NCBI GenBank assembly: GCA_050015075.1
Contig: JBEKCB010000036.1
Coordinates: 1 to 51,728, forward strand
Origin: Candidatus Brocadiia bacterium
GTDB lineage: Bacteria > Planctomycetota > Brocadiia > CAIUPP01
Direction: 5' to 3'
Length of the DNA: 51,728 bases
A model generated the notes under the pieces. The model worked only from the letters and a program-made list of their open reading frames with translations, was not told where the DNA came from and made no database searches. The stretch's first letter is position 1. Each line of letters begins with the position of its first letter. Positions 19,629-28,755 of the stretch are shown piece by piece. The translations under genes and the position numbers were made by a program.

Positions 19629-21062
19629 CTACTTCCAAGTCACCTCCGCCGGCGGGGTTTTCTCTCCATTCGGTCCCGGTGGAATGTTGTTGCGGTATTT
19701 CCGCCACATTTCATTTACGAATGGATCCCAGGTCTCTTTCTGCCTTGCCCAGTCCGAAGAAAAATCAAGGTTTGTCTGCTGCTTGATGATTTTCAGAGCT
19801 TCTGTATCATCTTCCGTCATCCAGCGATCCACATAACTGAAAAACGCGTCATGGTCCCAGTGTTTTTCGGCATGCATCAGCCTTGCGGCCAACGCTTCGC
19901 CCACCCATCCATGGCTGGTGGAGGCGCGACGATAAGATTCGTTCATGCTGCTCACCCAGTCCTTGGGTTGCAGGTGTTCATACTGGCCCCATCCAGGCTG
20001 CTTAGTGTTGATATCGTGGCCGTTCTTGTCAACACCTTGATGCCCTGCATAAACCACCCCGGCGCCCGTCCAGGAACGCTTGAACAAGGTCTGCATATCC
20101 TCGCCGAACTGGATTGCAGTATAAGTTTTGTTGGGTGAGGCCATCTCCTCATCGCCCAGCATGATCCCCGCAAACACAATCGGCCATTTCCTTCCTGTCC
20201 CGTGCCCTCCAAAACCCTGCCAGCCATGAAAACCGGCCCGCACGATGCCCCACAAATCAATTCCGTTCTGCACAAAACCGATCAAGAGCTTCTCTTTTTT
20301 CTCCAGCGGCAGATCGGTCATTAAGATCAAGCTCGCCAGGCCTGCGGCCCTGCCTAACTCGTGTCCGTACTGCGGCTGATAATCCTTCGGCGCGTCAAAT
20401 GAAAAGAAAACCAGATCAAGCCAGACGCGGATGTAGTGATCTTCGAAATTCTTCAGCGTCAGCACACCCTGATCGGTCTCAAAAGTATCCTTGCCGTAAG
20501 GCAAACTGGGCAACAGGTTCCTTTTCAGATTCCGCGCCAGGTAGATTTTCTGCGTTCTGTCGCAATAGGACGGACGAAATGCGTCCGCCGGCACGGCCGC
20601 CGCAAGGCAAGTGAGCACAGAGGCGCTCTTGACCGGGGAACCGTAGTGCTCGTTCCTTCGGAGCCAGGCCGAAAGTTTCGCGAGTTCCTCATCGGTGGTG
20701 CTGATCGTGGAAATCAGCGCATCGCCCGGTTTCATATGAATCGGCAAGGGAGTGCACATCTTGGGATCATAACGGTCCTCCTCTTCGCGGTTGTCATATC
20801 CGCTGGCACTGTCGTTAAGCGGCGGGTTCAACTCGCACCCATTCCGCCCGTTTCCCGGCGGAGGAGTGATTGAAACCACTTCGCAGTCGCCCACGACATA
20901 ATAGTCCCCGGTGACAAACCGTCCAACCTCTGCCGGTTCACTCAGTTTCCATGTAATCCCGTATTGGGTGATGGTATCGGTTTTCTCGGATCGAGCGTTC
21001 TGAGTCAACGTACAAAAGAGAACGGCTGCGACGACAAGACAAACGTTCTTAGATAAAGACAT
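19629..21062 (-). CDS. Secreted hypothetical protein with lower GC than its neighbours
   Basis: 477-aa ORF, GGAGG RBS, Sec-type signal peptide, Trp/Tyr/His/Asp-rich, visibly more AT-rich codons. Confidence 0.8.
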   Translation of the reverse strand: MSLSKNVCLVVAAVLFCTLTQNARSEKTDTITQYGITWKLSEPAEVGRFVTGDYYVVGDCEVVSITPPPGNGRNGCELNPPLNDSASGYDNREEEDRYDPKMCTPLPIHMKPGDALISTISTTDEELAKLSAWLRRNEHYGSPVKSASVLTCLAAAVPADAFRPSYCDRTQKIYLARNLKRNLLPSLPYGKDTFETDQGVLTLKNFEDHYIRVWLDLVFFSFDAPKDYQPQYGHELGRAAGLASLILMTDLPLEKKEKLLIGFVQNGIDLWGIVRAGFHGWQGFGGHGTGRKWPIVFAGIMLGDEEMASPNKTYTAIQFGEDMQTLFKRSWTGAGVVYAGHQGVDKNGHDINTKQPGWGQYEHLQPKDWVSSMNESYRRASTSHGWVGEALAARLMHAEKHWDHDAFFSYVDRWMTEDDTEALKIIKQQTNLDFSSDWARQKETWDPFVNEMWRKYRNNIPPGPNGEKTPPAEVTWK

Positions 21063-21076
21063 TGTTTCCTCCAGTT

Positions 21077-22552
21077 CTATCCTTTAATGATCTTAGTGAC
21101 CGCCGCCTTCTTCTCCTCCATGAGCGCCGGAGTCTTGGCTTCGAGGTTCAGGCGCAGGACCGGCTCGGTGTTGCTGGGGCGGACGTTGAACCACCAGTCG
21201 TCGTAGTCCACGCTGAGGCCGTCGAGGGTGTCCGGGCGGCCGTCCTTGAACGCGGCGGCGAGTTCCGCGATTTTGCCGGCTTTGTCCTCGACTTCGAAGT
21301 TGGTCTCCTCGATTTTGGAATAGCGCTTCAGCGGCTTGAGCAGTTCGCTGATGGGGCGCCGTTCGCGAGAGAGGATGTTCAGCAGGTTGATCATCGTGAT
21401 GACGCCGCTGTCGGCGTAGAAGTTCTCGCGCCAGTAGAAATGGCCGCTGAGTTCGCCGCCGAGGACGGCGTTGCGCTGGCGCATGGTGCCCTTCATGAAG
21501 GAGTGGCCGACGCGCTCGCGCACGGGCGTGCCGCCGTGTTTGCGGATTTCCTCCTGCACGACGCGGCTGGACCGAAGGTCGTAAACCACGGAGGATTTCT
21601 GGTGCATCTGGAGCAGATGCCCGGCCAGGAGCGCAGTGACCAGGTCGCCAGACACGGGCTGGCCCTCTTCGTCCACGAACACGACGCGGTCCGCATCGCC
21701 GTCGAACGCCACGCCGAGGTCGGCGCCCTTCTCGAGGACGGTCTTCTGCAGATCGCGCAGGTTCTCGGCCTTCAGCGGGTTCGGCTCGTGGTTCGGGAAA
21801 GTTCCGTCCAGCTTGAAATAGAGGTCGGTGACCCGGATGGGCAGTTCGGCGAGGATCGTCGGGAGCATCTTCCCGGCCATGCCGTTGCCGGCGTCAATGA
21901 CGACGCTCAGCGGCTCCATGCGGCGGGAGAACGCCAGGACGTGGCGCTTCCAGTCCTCCATGATATCGCGCCCTTCGACCGCGCCGCGGTGCTCGGCCGG
22001 GCGCAGCGCCGGGCCGAGGGCGATGCGCTCGATGTTCGCCAGCCCGCCGTCGTGGCTCAGCGCGATCGCCTGCTCGCGGCTGATCTTGAAGCCGTTGTAT
22101 TGCGGCGGGTTGTGCGAGGCGGTCACCTGGATACCGCCGCCTTCGCGATAGTGAGCGATGGCGAAGTAATTCGCGTCGGTGGAGAGCATGCCGACGTCCA
22201 GGACGTTCGAGCCGGAAGTGAGGATGCCGCGGATCAGGCTGCGCGCGAGCGCCTCGGAGGACGTCCGCATGTCGCGGCTGACCACCAGCCGCTGCGCGTT
22301 CAGGAACCGCCCGGCGGCCATGCCGATCAGCTCCGCCAGCTTTTCGTCCAGTTCATCCGGCACAATGCCGCGGATGTCGTACGCCTTGAAAATCTTGTGG
22401 CGCGGGTCGTCCTCGATGCGCTGGACCTTGCCCTGGAGCGCCTTGTCGCGCGCCTCGCATTCCGGGCATTTATGATAATTGCGCAACTGGCGCACTCGGC
22501 AGATGGCGTCGGAAATCGGCCCCTTGTCTCCCGGACAAACGCGGTCGGGCAT
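21077..22552 (-). CDS. Phosphomannomutase/phosphoglucomutase with N-terminal Cys-rich extension
   Basis: FKAYDIRG, TASHNP, FDGDADR, GELSGH and RPSNTEP motifs; GGAGG RBS. Confidence 0.95.
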   Translation of the reverse strand: MPDRVCPGDKGPISDAICRVRQLRNYHKCPECEARDKALQGKVQRIEDDPRHKIFKAYDIRGIVPDELDEKLAELIGMAAGRFLNAQRLVVSRDMRTSSEALARSLIRGILTSGSNVLDVGMLSTDANYFAIAHYREGGGIQVTASHNPPQYNGFKISREQAIALSHDGGLANIERIALGPALRPAEHRGAVEGRDIMEDWKRHVLAFSRRMEPLSVVIDAGNGMAGKMLPTILAELPIRVTDLYFKLDGTFPNHEPNPLKAENLRDLQKTVLEKGADLGVAFDGDADRVVFVDEEGQPVSGDLVTALLAGHLLQMHQKSSVVYDLRSSRVVQEEIRKHGGTPVRERVGHSFMKGTMRQRNAVLGGELSGHFYWRENFYADSGVITMINLLNILSRERRPISELLKPLKRYSKIEETNFEVEDKAGKIAELAAAFKDGRPDTLDGLSVDYDDWWFNVRPSNTEPVLRLNLEAKTPALMEEKKAAVTKIIKG

Positions 22553-22598
22553 GTTTCATCCTCCCAGGAACGGCATCGCTCGAGATTTACGCGCCCCG

Positions 22599-22627
22599 AA
22601 AATATCACCGGAGCGGGAGGTTGTCAA
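22599..22627 (-). promoter_or_regulatory. Sigma70 promoter of PMM
   Basis: TTGACA-N17-TATTTT with TG extension. Confidence 0.6.
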
Positions 22628-22640
22628 TAACGGCGGGATA

Positions 22641-22720
22641 GGAGTGCGGAGTGTAGAGTGTGGAATGCGGAGTGCGGAGTATGCAGTGATGTTCGTCGTG
22701 TTCGTAGTGTCGTCGTGGTG
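22641..22720. repeat. Tandem heptamer (GGAGTGC-like x7) followed by ~9-mer TGTTCGTCG-like repeats
   Basis: ggagtgc ggagtgt agagtgt ggaatgc ggagtgc ggagtat gcagtga, then tgttcgtcg tgttcgtag tgtcgtcg. Confidence 0.8.
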
Positions 22721-22750
22721 AGAACCGACGTAAGTTCGCGCGGTGGTGAT

Positions 22751-22778
22751 TTGACAGCGGGCGGCAAATCTATATAAT
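22751..22778 (+). promoter_or_regulatory. Sigma70 promoter of the rpsB operon
   Basis: TTGACA-N16-TATAAT, followed by a ~125-nt leader where S2 autoregulatory leaders usually lie. Confidence 0.75.
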
Positions 22779-22909
22779 GGAGGGATTCGCATTGGCATTT
22801 GGCCCTGTTTCACGGCATTCGGCCGGCCGGGATACCTCCGCGTCCCAGGTGTGGGACGTCCAGAAAAGCTCAACATCCCGGGCGGTGGATTCCTTTTAGG
22901 AGAAGAGCT

Positions 22910-23725
22910 TTGGCCACTGTATCCGTCCTCGAAATGCTGGACGCCGGTATGCACTACGGCCATCACGCCAGCCGCTGGAACCCGAAGATGAAGCCGTATA
23001 TCTTCGGGCGTCGTAACCTGATTCACATCATCAACTTGCGGGAGACGTTGCGCGGCCTGATCATCGCCTCGAAGTTCGTCACCTACACGGTGGCCTCCGG
23101 GAAATCGGTGGTCTTCGTGGGGACGAAGCGCCAGGCCCGCCGCGTGGTGCAGGAACAGGCGGGCCGCTGCGGCATGCCTTTCGTGATCGAGCGCTGGCTC
23201 GGCGGCACGCTGACGAACTTCAGGACGATTCGCCTGCGCCTCGACCGGCTTCTCGAGCTGGAAGCCATCTTCCAGAGCGGGACCATGGACCAGTATTCGA
23301 AGAAGGAAGGTTCCCGGATGAAGCGGGAACTGGCGAAGATCCAGCGCAACCTCGACGGCATCCGCACGATGAGCCAGCTCCCCGGCGCGGTGATTGTGAT
23401 TGATCCGCACCGCGAGAAGAACGCCGTCGCCGAGGCGCAGCGGCTCAACATCCCGACGGTCTGCCTGGCGGATACGGATTGCGACCCGGACGTCGCGGAC
23501 ATCCTCATCCCCGGCAATGACGACGCGATGCGTTCGATCGAGGTCTTTGCGCGCACCCTGGCCGACGCGGTTCTGGCCGGCAAGGAGCGGCGAATCCAGC
23601 GCACCGAAACCGAAGTGGCCCCTGTCGCGGCCGCTGCGGCTGCTGCGGAGAGAAAAAAGGCGCCCGAAGCGCCCAGGCCCGTCCGGCCTGCGACTCAACC
23701 GGCCGAGCAGACCCCGCCGAAGTGA
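22910..23725 (+). CDS. rpsB: 30S ribosomal protein S2
   Basis: AGMHYGH..WNPKM, VGTKRQA, RWLGGTLTN and PGNDDA motifs; TTG 22910 after AGGAGA. Confidence 0.97.
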   Translation: MATVSVLEMLDAGMHYGHHASRWNPKMKPYIFGRRNLIHIINLRETLRGLIIASKFVTYTVASGKSVVFVGTKRQARRVVQEQAGRCGMPFVIERWLGGTLTNFRTIRLRLDRLLELEAIFQSGTMDQYSKKEGSRMKRELAKIQRNLDGIRTMSQLPGAVIVIDPHREKNAVAEAQRLNIPTVCLADTDCDPDVADILIPGNDDAMRSIEVFARTLADAVLAGKERRIQRTETEVAPVAAAAAAAERKKAPEAPRPVRPATQPAEQTPPK

Positions 23726-23784
23726 CGGCGAGAATTTCCGGTTGAGGGATCATCGAAACCTCGTTTCAAGGAACTGATAAGAAT

Positions 23785-24381
23785 ATGGCTGCGATATCGG
23801 CGGAACTGGTCAAGAAGCTTCGCGAACTCACCGGCCTGGGCTGGATGGACTGCAAGCGCGCGCTGACGGAAGCCGGCGGCGACATCGCCAAGGCGGTGGA
23901 ACTCCTGCGCAAGGAAGGCCTCAAGTCGGCCGAACTGCGCGTCGGCCGCGCCACGCGCGAGGGCCGCATCGGCCACTACGTCCACTCCAACGGCAGAATC
24001 GGCGTGCTCGTCGAGTTGAACTGCGAGACCGACTTCGCCGCGAAGAGCGCGGATTTCGAGCAGCTCCTCAAGGACCTCTGTATGCAAATCGCCGCGCAGC
24101 GGCCGATCTACGTCGCGGTGGAAAATGTCCCGGCCGACCTGGTGCGCAAGGAGAAAGAAATCCTGACCGCCCAGATCAAAGACAAGCCGGCGGCGATGAT
24201 CGAGAAAATCGCCGAGGGCAAGATCAAGGACTTCTTCAAAAATGTCTGCCTGATGGAACAGCCGTTCATCAAGGAGCCGGCGCACAGCGTGCGCGACCGC
24301 GTGGCGGCGGCGAACGCGAAGCTCGGCGAGAACATCGTCGTCCGGCGCTTCGTGCGGTTCGAAGTGGGCGAGGAGATCTGA
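23785..24381 (+). CDS. tsf: Elongation factor Ts (short form)
   Basis: VKKLRELTG..DCK and ELNCETDFAA motifs; follows rpsB. Confidence 0.97.
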   Translation: MAAISAELVKKLRELTGLGWMDCKRALTEAGGDIAKAVELLRKEGLKSAELRVGRATREGRIGHYVHSNGRIGVLVELNCETDFAAKSADFEQLLKDLCMQIAAQRPIYVAVENVPADLVRKEKEILTAQIKDKPAAMIEKIAEGKIKDFFKNVCLMEQPFIKEPAHSVRDRVAAANAKLGENIVVRRFVRFEVGEEI

Positions 24382-24386
24382 TTCTC

Positions 24387-25109
24387 ATGGCCGCTCGGCC
24401 CAAATACCGCCGTGTCCTGTTGAAGCTCAGCGGCGAGGCGTTCGGCCGGGAAGCCGCCCACTGCCTGCAACTGGAGTCCCTCCGCCTCATCGCGCAGCAG
24501 ATCGCGGCTATCCACCGCGCGAAAGTCCAGCTCGCCGTCGTGATCGGCGGCGGCAACATCGTCCGCGGCAAGCTGCTGCGCGGCACCGGGATCACGCCGG
24601 TGGCGGCCGACATGATGGGCATGATCGCCACGGTCATCAACGGCGTGGCGCTGCAGGCCGTCCTCGAGAACCTCGGCGTGGATACGCGCCTGCAGACCGC
24701 GTTCCCGATGCAGGCGGTCGCGGAGCCCTACATCCGGCGGCGCTGCATCCGGCATCTGGAGAAGGGACGCGTGGTCATTCTCGCCGCGGGCACCGGCAGC
24801 CCGCATTTCACCACCGACACGGCGGCCGCGCTGCGCGCCCGCGAGATCGGCGCCGACGTTCTGTTCAAAGCCACGAACGTGGACGGCGTCTACAGCGCCG
24901 ACCCGAAGAAGCACCCGGACGCGAAGCGCCTATTCCACCTCACGTACGACCAGGTGATCCAGGACAAGCTTCAGATCATGGACGCGACGGCGATCACGCT
25001 CTGCCGCGAGGGCAACGTGCCGATCATCGTGTTCAACATGAGCGTCCCCAATAACATCCGGCTCGCGATCGCCGGCCGGAACGTGGGCACTTACATCGGG
25101 GAGAAGTGA
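24387..25109 (+). CDS. pyrH: UMP kinase
   Basis: LLKLSGE, GGGN..RG, FTTDT and DGVYSADP motifs. Confidence 0.97.
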   Translation: MAARPKYRRVLLKLSGEAFGREAAHCLQLESLRLIAQQIAAIHRAKVQLAVVIGGGNIVRGKLLRGTGITPVAADMMGMIATVINGVALQAVLENLGVDTRLQTAFPMQAVAEPYIRRRCIRHLEKGRVVILAAGTGSPHFTTDTAAALRAREIGADVLFKATNVDGVYSADPKKHPDAKRLFHLTYDQVIQDKLQIMDATAITLCREGNVPIIVFNMSVPNNIRLAIAGRNVGTYIGEK

Positions 25110-25110
25110 A

Positions 25111-25671
25111 ATGTCTGCGGACGACGTCTTTCTGGAAGCGGCGGACAAGATGGAGAAGGCGGTGGGCGCGCTGGAGCACCAGCTCCGGACCATCCGCACC
25201 GGCCGCGCCAGCGCCGCGCTGGTGGACCACATCCGCGTGGAGTACTACGGCTCGCAGACGCCGCTGGGCCAGATGGCGAACATCGCCACGCCCGACCCGG
25301 CGCTGATCGTCATCCGCCCCTTCGATCCGACGGCGCTCAAGGCGATCGAGAAAGCCATCATGCAGTCGGACATGGGCGTGAACCCGAACTCCGACGGCAA
25401 GCTGATCCGCATCGCGATCCCGCCGCTGAGCGAAGAGCGGCGCCGGCAGCTCGCTTCCCAGGTCAAGCAGATGGGCGAACAGGCCAAGGTGGCCATCCGG
25501 AACATCCGCCGCGACGCCAAGCGCGATATCGAGAAGCTCGAAGAAGACAGCAAGATTTCGGAAGATCAGTCGTTCAAGGCCATCGAGGACCTCCAGGAAC
25601 TCACCAAGGAGTCCGAGGGCAAGACGGACGCGGTCGTCGAACGGAAGTCAGAGGAAATCATGAAGTTCTGA
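25111..25671 (+). CDS. frr: Ribosome recycling factor
   Basis: IRTGRAS, PPLSEERR and IRNIRRD motifs. Confidence 0.97.
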   Translation: MSADDVFLEAADKMEKAVGALEHQLRTIRTGRASAALVDHIRVEYYGSQTPLGQMANIATPDPALIVIRPFDPTALKAIEKAIMQSDMGVNPNSDGKLIRIAIPPLSEERRRQLASQVKQMGEQAKVAIRNIRRDAKRDIEKLEEDSKISEDQSFKAIEDLQELTKESEGKTDAVVERKSEEIMKF

Positions 25672-25685
25672 CGGAGGATGCTGTC

Positions 25686-26531
25686 GTGAGCGCACTGAAG
25701 ACCGGTATTTTGTTGTTCGCAATTTGCCTGCTCTTTCTGCTTGTGGGCGGGCTGCTCGACGGACAGGAAGGAATGATCATCGCGTTCGCGATCGCGCTGG
25801 CGTTCAACGGCATTACGTACTGGTTCAGCGACAAGATCGTCCTCGCGATGTACCACGCGCAGCCGGTCACGGCCGAACAGACCCCCCGCCTGCACGAGAT
25901 CGTGCGGACCCTGGCCGAGCGCGCAAACCTGCCGATGCCGAAGGTCTACGTGATTGACAGCCCGAACCCGAATGCCTTCGCCACCGGGCGCAATCCAAAA
26001 CACGCCGCCGTGGCCGTCACGACCGGCATCCTGAAACTGCTCTCGGAGGACCAGCTTTCCGGGGTCATCGGCCACGAACTGGCGCACGTGGAGCACCGCG
26101 ACATCCTCATCTCCACCGTCGCCGCCACGATCGCCGTGGCGATTTCCTTCCTCGCGACCATGGCCCGCTGGAGCCTCATTTTTGGCGGAGGCGGCCGAGG
26201 CCGCAACCGCGGGAACCCCATCGCCCTGATCGTCATCTCGATCATCGCGCCGCTGGTTGCCCTGTTCATCCAGCTCTGGATCTCGCGCACGCGCGAGTAC
26301 GCTGCCGACGCGCGCGGCGCCCAACTCGCCCGGAACCCGCTCTGGCTCGCGCGCGCCTTGCAGCGGCTCGAGTACGGTGTGGAACTCCATCCGGCGGAGG
26401 TCAGCCCGGCCACGGCGCACATGTTCATCGTCTCGCCGTTCAACGCCAGGACCGCCGGTTCATGGTTCAGCACGCACCCGCCGATCGAGGACCGCGTCGC
26501 GCTCCTGGAGAAGATGGCCGAAGCGCAGTGA
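25686..26531 (+). CDS. htpX: Zinc metalloprotease HtpX (M48)
   Basis: PNAFATG, HELAH, SRTREYAAD and STHPP motifs. Confidence 0.95.
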   Translation: MSALKTGILLFAICLLFLLVGGLLDGQEGMIIAFAIALAFNGITYWFSDKIVLAMYHAQPVTAEQTPRLHEIVRTLAERANLPMPKVYVIDSPNPNAFATGRNPKHAAVAVTTGILKLLSEDQLSGVIGHELAHVEHRDILISTVAATIAVAISFLATMARWSLIFGGGGRGRNRGNPIALIVISIIAPLVALFIQLWISRTREYAADARGAQLARNPLWLARALQRLEYGVELHPAEVSPATAHMFIVSPFNARTAGSWFSTHPPIEDRVALLEKMAEAQ

Positions 26532-26558
26532 AAAGCGCGCTCTAAAGGAATCCGCCGA

Positions 26559-27698
26559 ATGCCGCTCACGCGAAGCGCCCGCCGCCCGGACTTGCTCCGC
26601 ATTCTTCCTCTGCTGTTGACGCTCTGCCTGCCGCTGGCCGCGTTCGCCGAGGCCGGCTACGTCAGCGTCCTCGATCTCGCCCGGGAGTTCGGCCTGCAGT
26701 ACAAGGACATGACCGACGGCGCCGTCCACGCCGGCAGGCTCACGGGCAAGGACATCAAGGTCGTCCTCTTCGCCGACGTGCAGAGCATCACGATCAACGG
26801 CGTCTCCGTCGCGCTGGCGCATCCCGTGCGCTGGAACGGCGCCACCCTCGAGGTGCCGGAGGAAGCCGCCGACCTGATCACCGGCAAAACGGAACCGCCC
26901 GCCCGGACAGACTCACTCGCGACGCCGCCGCAACCGGTGCTGACGGCGCCGTTGCGCCGGACCAGGACGCTGTCGGGCGCCCGAAAGGTTGTAATAGATC
27001 CCGGCCACGGCGGCGACGACACCGGCACACCGGCCCGCTTGGGAAACCTCAACGAAAAGCAAATCGCGCTGGAAGTCGCCCTCGCCGTCGGCGCGCATCT
27101 TCGGAGCCAGGGCGTCACCGTCATCTTCACCCGCACGACCGACGTTCGCCCGTCACTTGAAGAACGCGCCGACCTCGCCAACCGGGAGAACCCGGACCTG
27201 TTCGTCAGCATTCACGTCAACGCGGACGCGCGCAAGGAACTGCGCGGCGCCACGGCGTACTATCCCGCCGCCCGCGCCCTGGACAGCCATCCGGCCATCC
27301 TGGACCGCGCCAGGGCCGCCGTCGAGGACCATGAGATCAGGCCGGCGCTCTTCGGCGCCGACGGGCCCGTCGGCAATACCGCGCTCCTCGCCGTGACCGA
27401 AGCGGCCTTCGAGAGCAACCGCTCCCGAAGCATCGAGGCGGGCCGGTGCGTCCTGAGGGAACTCGCCCCGGTCACCGGCCTCATCGAGCACGACAACGGC
27501 CTGGTCGAGGATTATCGCAGCATCCACGTCCTGCGCGAAACGCACTGCCCGGCGGTCCTCATCGAGATGGACTTCCTCTCCAACCGCATGTCGGAGCGCA
27601 AACTCAACACGCAGGCCTACCGCACCGCCATCGCGCAGGCGATCAGCGAGGGGCTGATGACGTTCCTCTCCGAACCCGAGGAAGGGACCGCACCGTGA
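26559..27698 (+). CDS. N-acetylmuramoyl-L-alanine amidase (Amidase_3)
   Basis: Signal peptide, N-terminal beta domain, IDPGHGG, EK, SIHVNA and LIEMDFLSN motifs. Confidence 0.9.
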   Translation: MPLTRSARRPDLLRILPLLLTLCLPLAAFAEAGYVSVLDLAREFGLQYKDMTDGAVHAGRLTGKDIKVVLFADVQSITINGVSVALAHPVRWNGATLEVPEEAADLITGKTEPPARTDSLATPPQPVLTAPLRRTRTLSGARKVVIDPGHGGDDTGTPARLGNLNEKQIALEVALAVGAHLRSQGVTVIFTRTTDVRPSLEERADLANRENPDLFVSIHVNADARKELRGATAYYPAARALDSHPAILDRARAAVEDHEIRPALFGADGPVGNTALLAVTEAAFESNRSRSIEAGRCVLRELAPVTGLIEHDNGLVEDYRSIHVLRETHCPAVLIEMDFLSNRMSERKLNTQAYRTAIAQAISEGLMTFLSEPEEGTAP

Positions 27699-28360
27699 TG
27701 CGGACGCTCCGGTTGGCCATCGGCGCCATCGTCCTCGCGACCGGCCTCGCGGGCTGCGCCACTTACGGGCCGCCGCTGCACGTGCAGTTCCACGACATCT
27801 TTGCCGGCCACGACCAATTCTACACCGGCCAGGGCCTTCTCAGCCCCAGCCCGCTCATACGGCGCTGGAGCATCGTCTCCCTCGCCCGCTATGGCGATCC
27901 GAAAGCCGCCGACGCGTTCATACTCATGCTGAACCCGTCACAGGAACCGATCGCAGTCGTGCGGGCCACCGCGGCCGTCGGGCTCCGGGTGCTCGGCGAC
28001 AAGCGCGCAATCCCGGCGCTCGAAACCGCCTGCAGCGACCCGGAACCGATCGTCCGCGCCGACGCCGTGCGGACGCTGGGCGATCTCGGCGGGCCGCCCG
28101 AGCTGGCGACGCTCGTCCCGATCGCCCGGCGCGACCCGGACGCGAACGTCCGCCTCGAAGCCATCTACGCCATCCGTAAAATCGGCGGCGAGGACACCCT
28201 TCCGATCTTCATCGCCGCGCTCAGCGACCCCGACGAGAGCATCGCCTTCGCCGCCCACGCCGCCCTCCTGAGCATGACCGGCCAGCAATTCTCCCCCGAC
28301 AAAACCCAGTGGCAGAAATGGTGGCAGGACCAGCACCCCGCGCCGCCGGCGAAGCCTTGA
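27698..28360 (+). CDS. HEAT-repeat lipoprotein
   Basis: LAGC lipobox, repeated VRxxAxxxLG motifs, WxxWW tail; TGATG overlap with the amidase. Confidence 0.85.
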   Translation: MRTLRLAIGAIVLATGLAGCATYGPPLHVQFHDIFAGHDQFYTGQGLLSPSPLIRRWSIVSLARYGDPKAADAFILMLNPSQEPIAVVRATAAVGLRVLGDKRAIPALETACSDPEPIVRADAVRTLGDLGGPPELATLVPIARRDPDANVRLEAIYAIRKIGGEDTLPIFIAALSDPDESIAFAAHAALLSMTGQQFSPDKTQWQKWWQDQHPAPPAKP

Positions 28361-28630
28361 ACGGAACGAGATTGGGGCCAAAACTCTGACTGAGGCTGGC
28401 CGGAATTAAATCGCATGGCACGTCACAAGCGACGCTGCTGACTAAATGTTTGGTATGTCCTGCTATCGTGCCGCTTCTCATCCCCGCCCGAGTTTGCCGA
28501 AAGCCGATTTGACAGGTTCACCCGCCGCAGCCGGGCTTGCTCCGAGACGTCCCGGGAATAGTCCGTCGCAATGCTTCGGAGCACGAAAATTCGGCAAATT
28601 GCGTTACGGAAGTATTTCATGCAAATGTAA

Positions 28631-28660
28631 TTGACAGCAAGATGGAGGCATAGTTACAAT
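28631..28660 (+). promoter_or_regulatory. Sigma70 promoter of the repeat protein gene
   Basis: TTGACA-N18-TACAAT in an AT-rich intergenic region. Confidence 0.6.
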
Positions 28661-28755
28661 CCGAACGGTCGTAAGCGCGCGCTGCATTCGAATTCCGGAC
28701 TATGTTGACGTTGAAAAGACGGGCATGGATACCTCAACATAAAGGCCGGGAACCA

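Noticed and set aside
19584-21076. Integron cassette or IS origin for the low-GC gene
   Set aside because: No attC, terminal inverted repeats, target duplication or integrase is visible.
22785-22909. rpsB leader as a novel ncRNA
   Set aside because: This is the expected position of the known S2 autoregulatory leader; I could not verify its structure by eye.
28416-28430. Sigma54 promoter TGGCACGTCACAAGC
   Set aside because: The -12 element is AAGC rather than TTGC, and a better sigma70 promoter lies nearer the gene.
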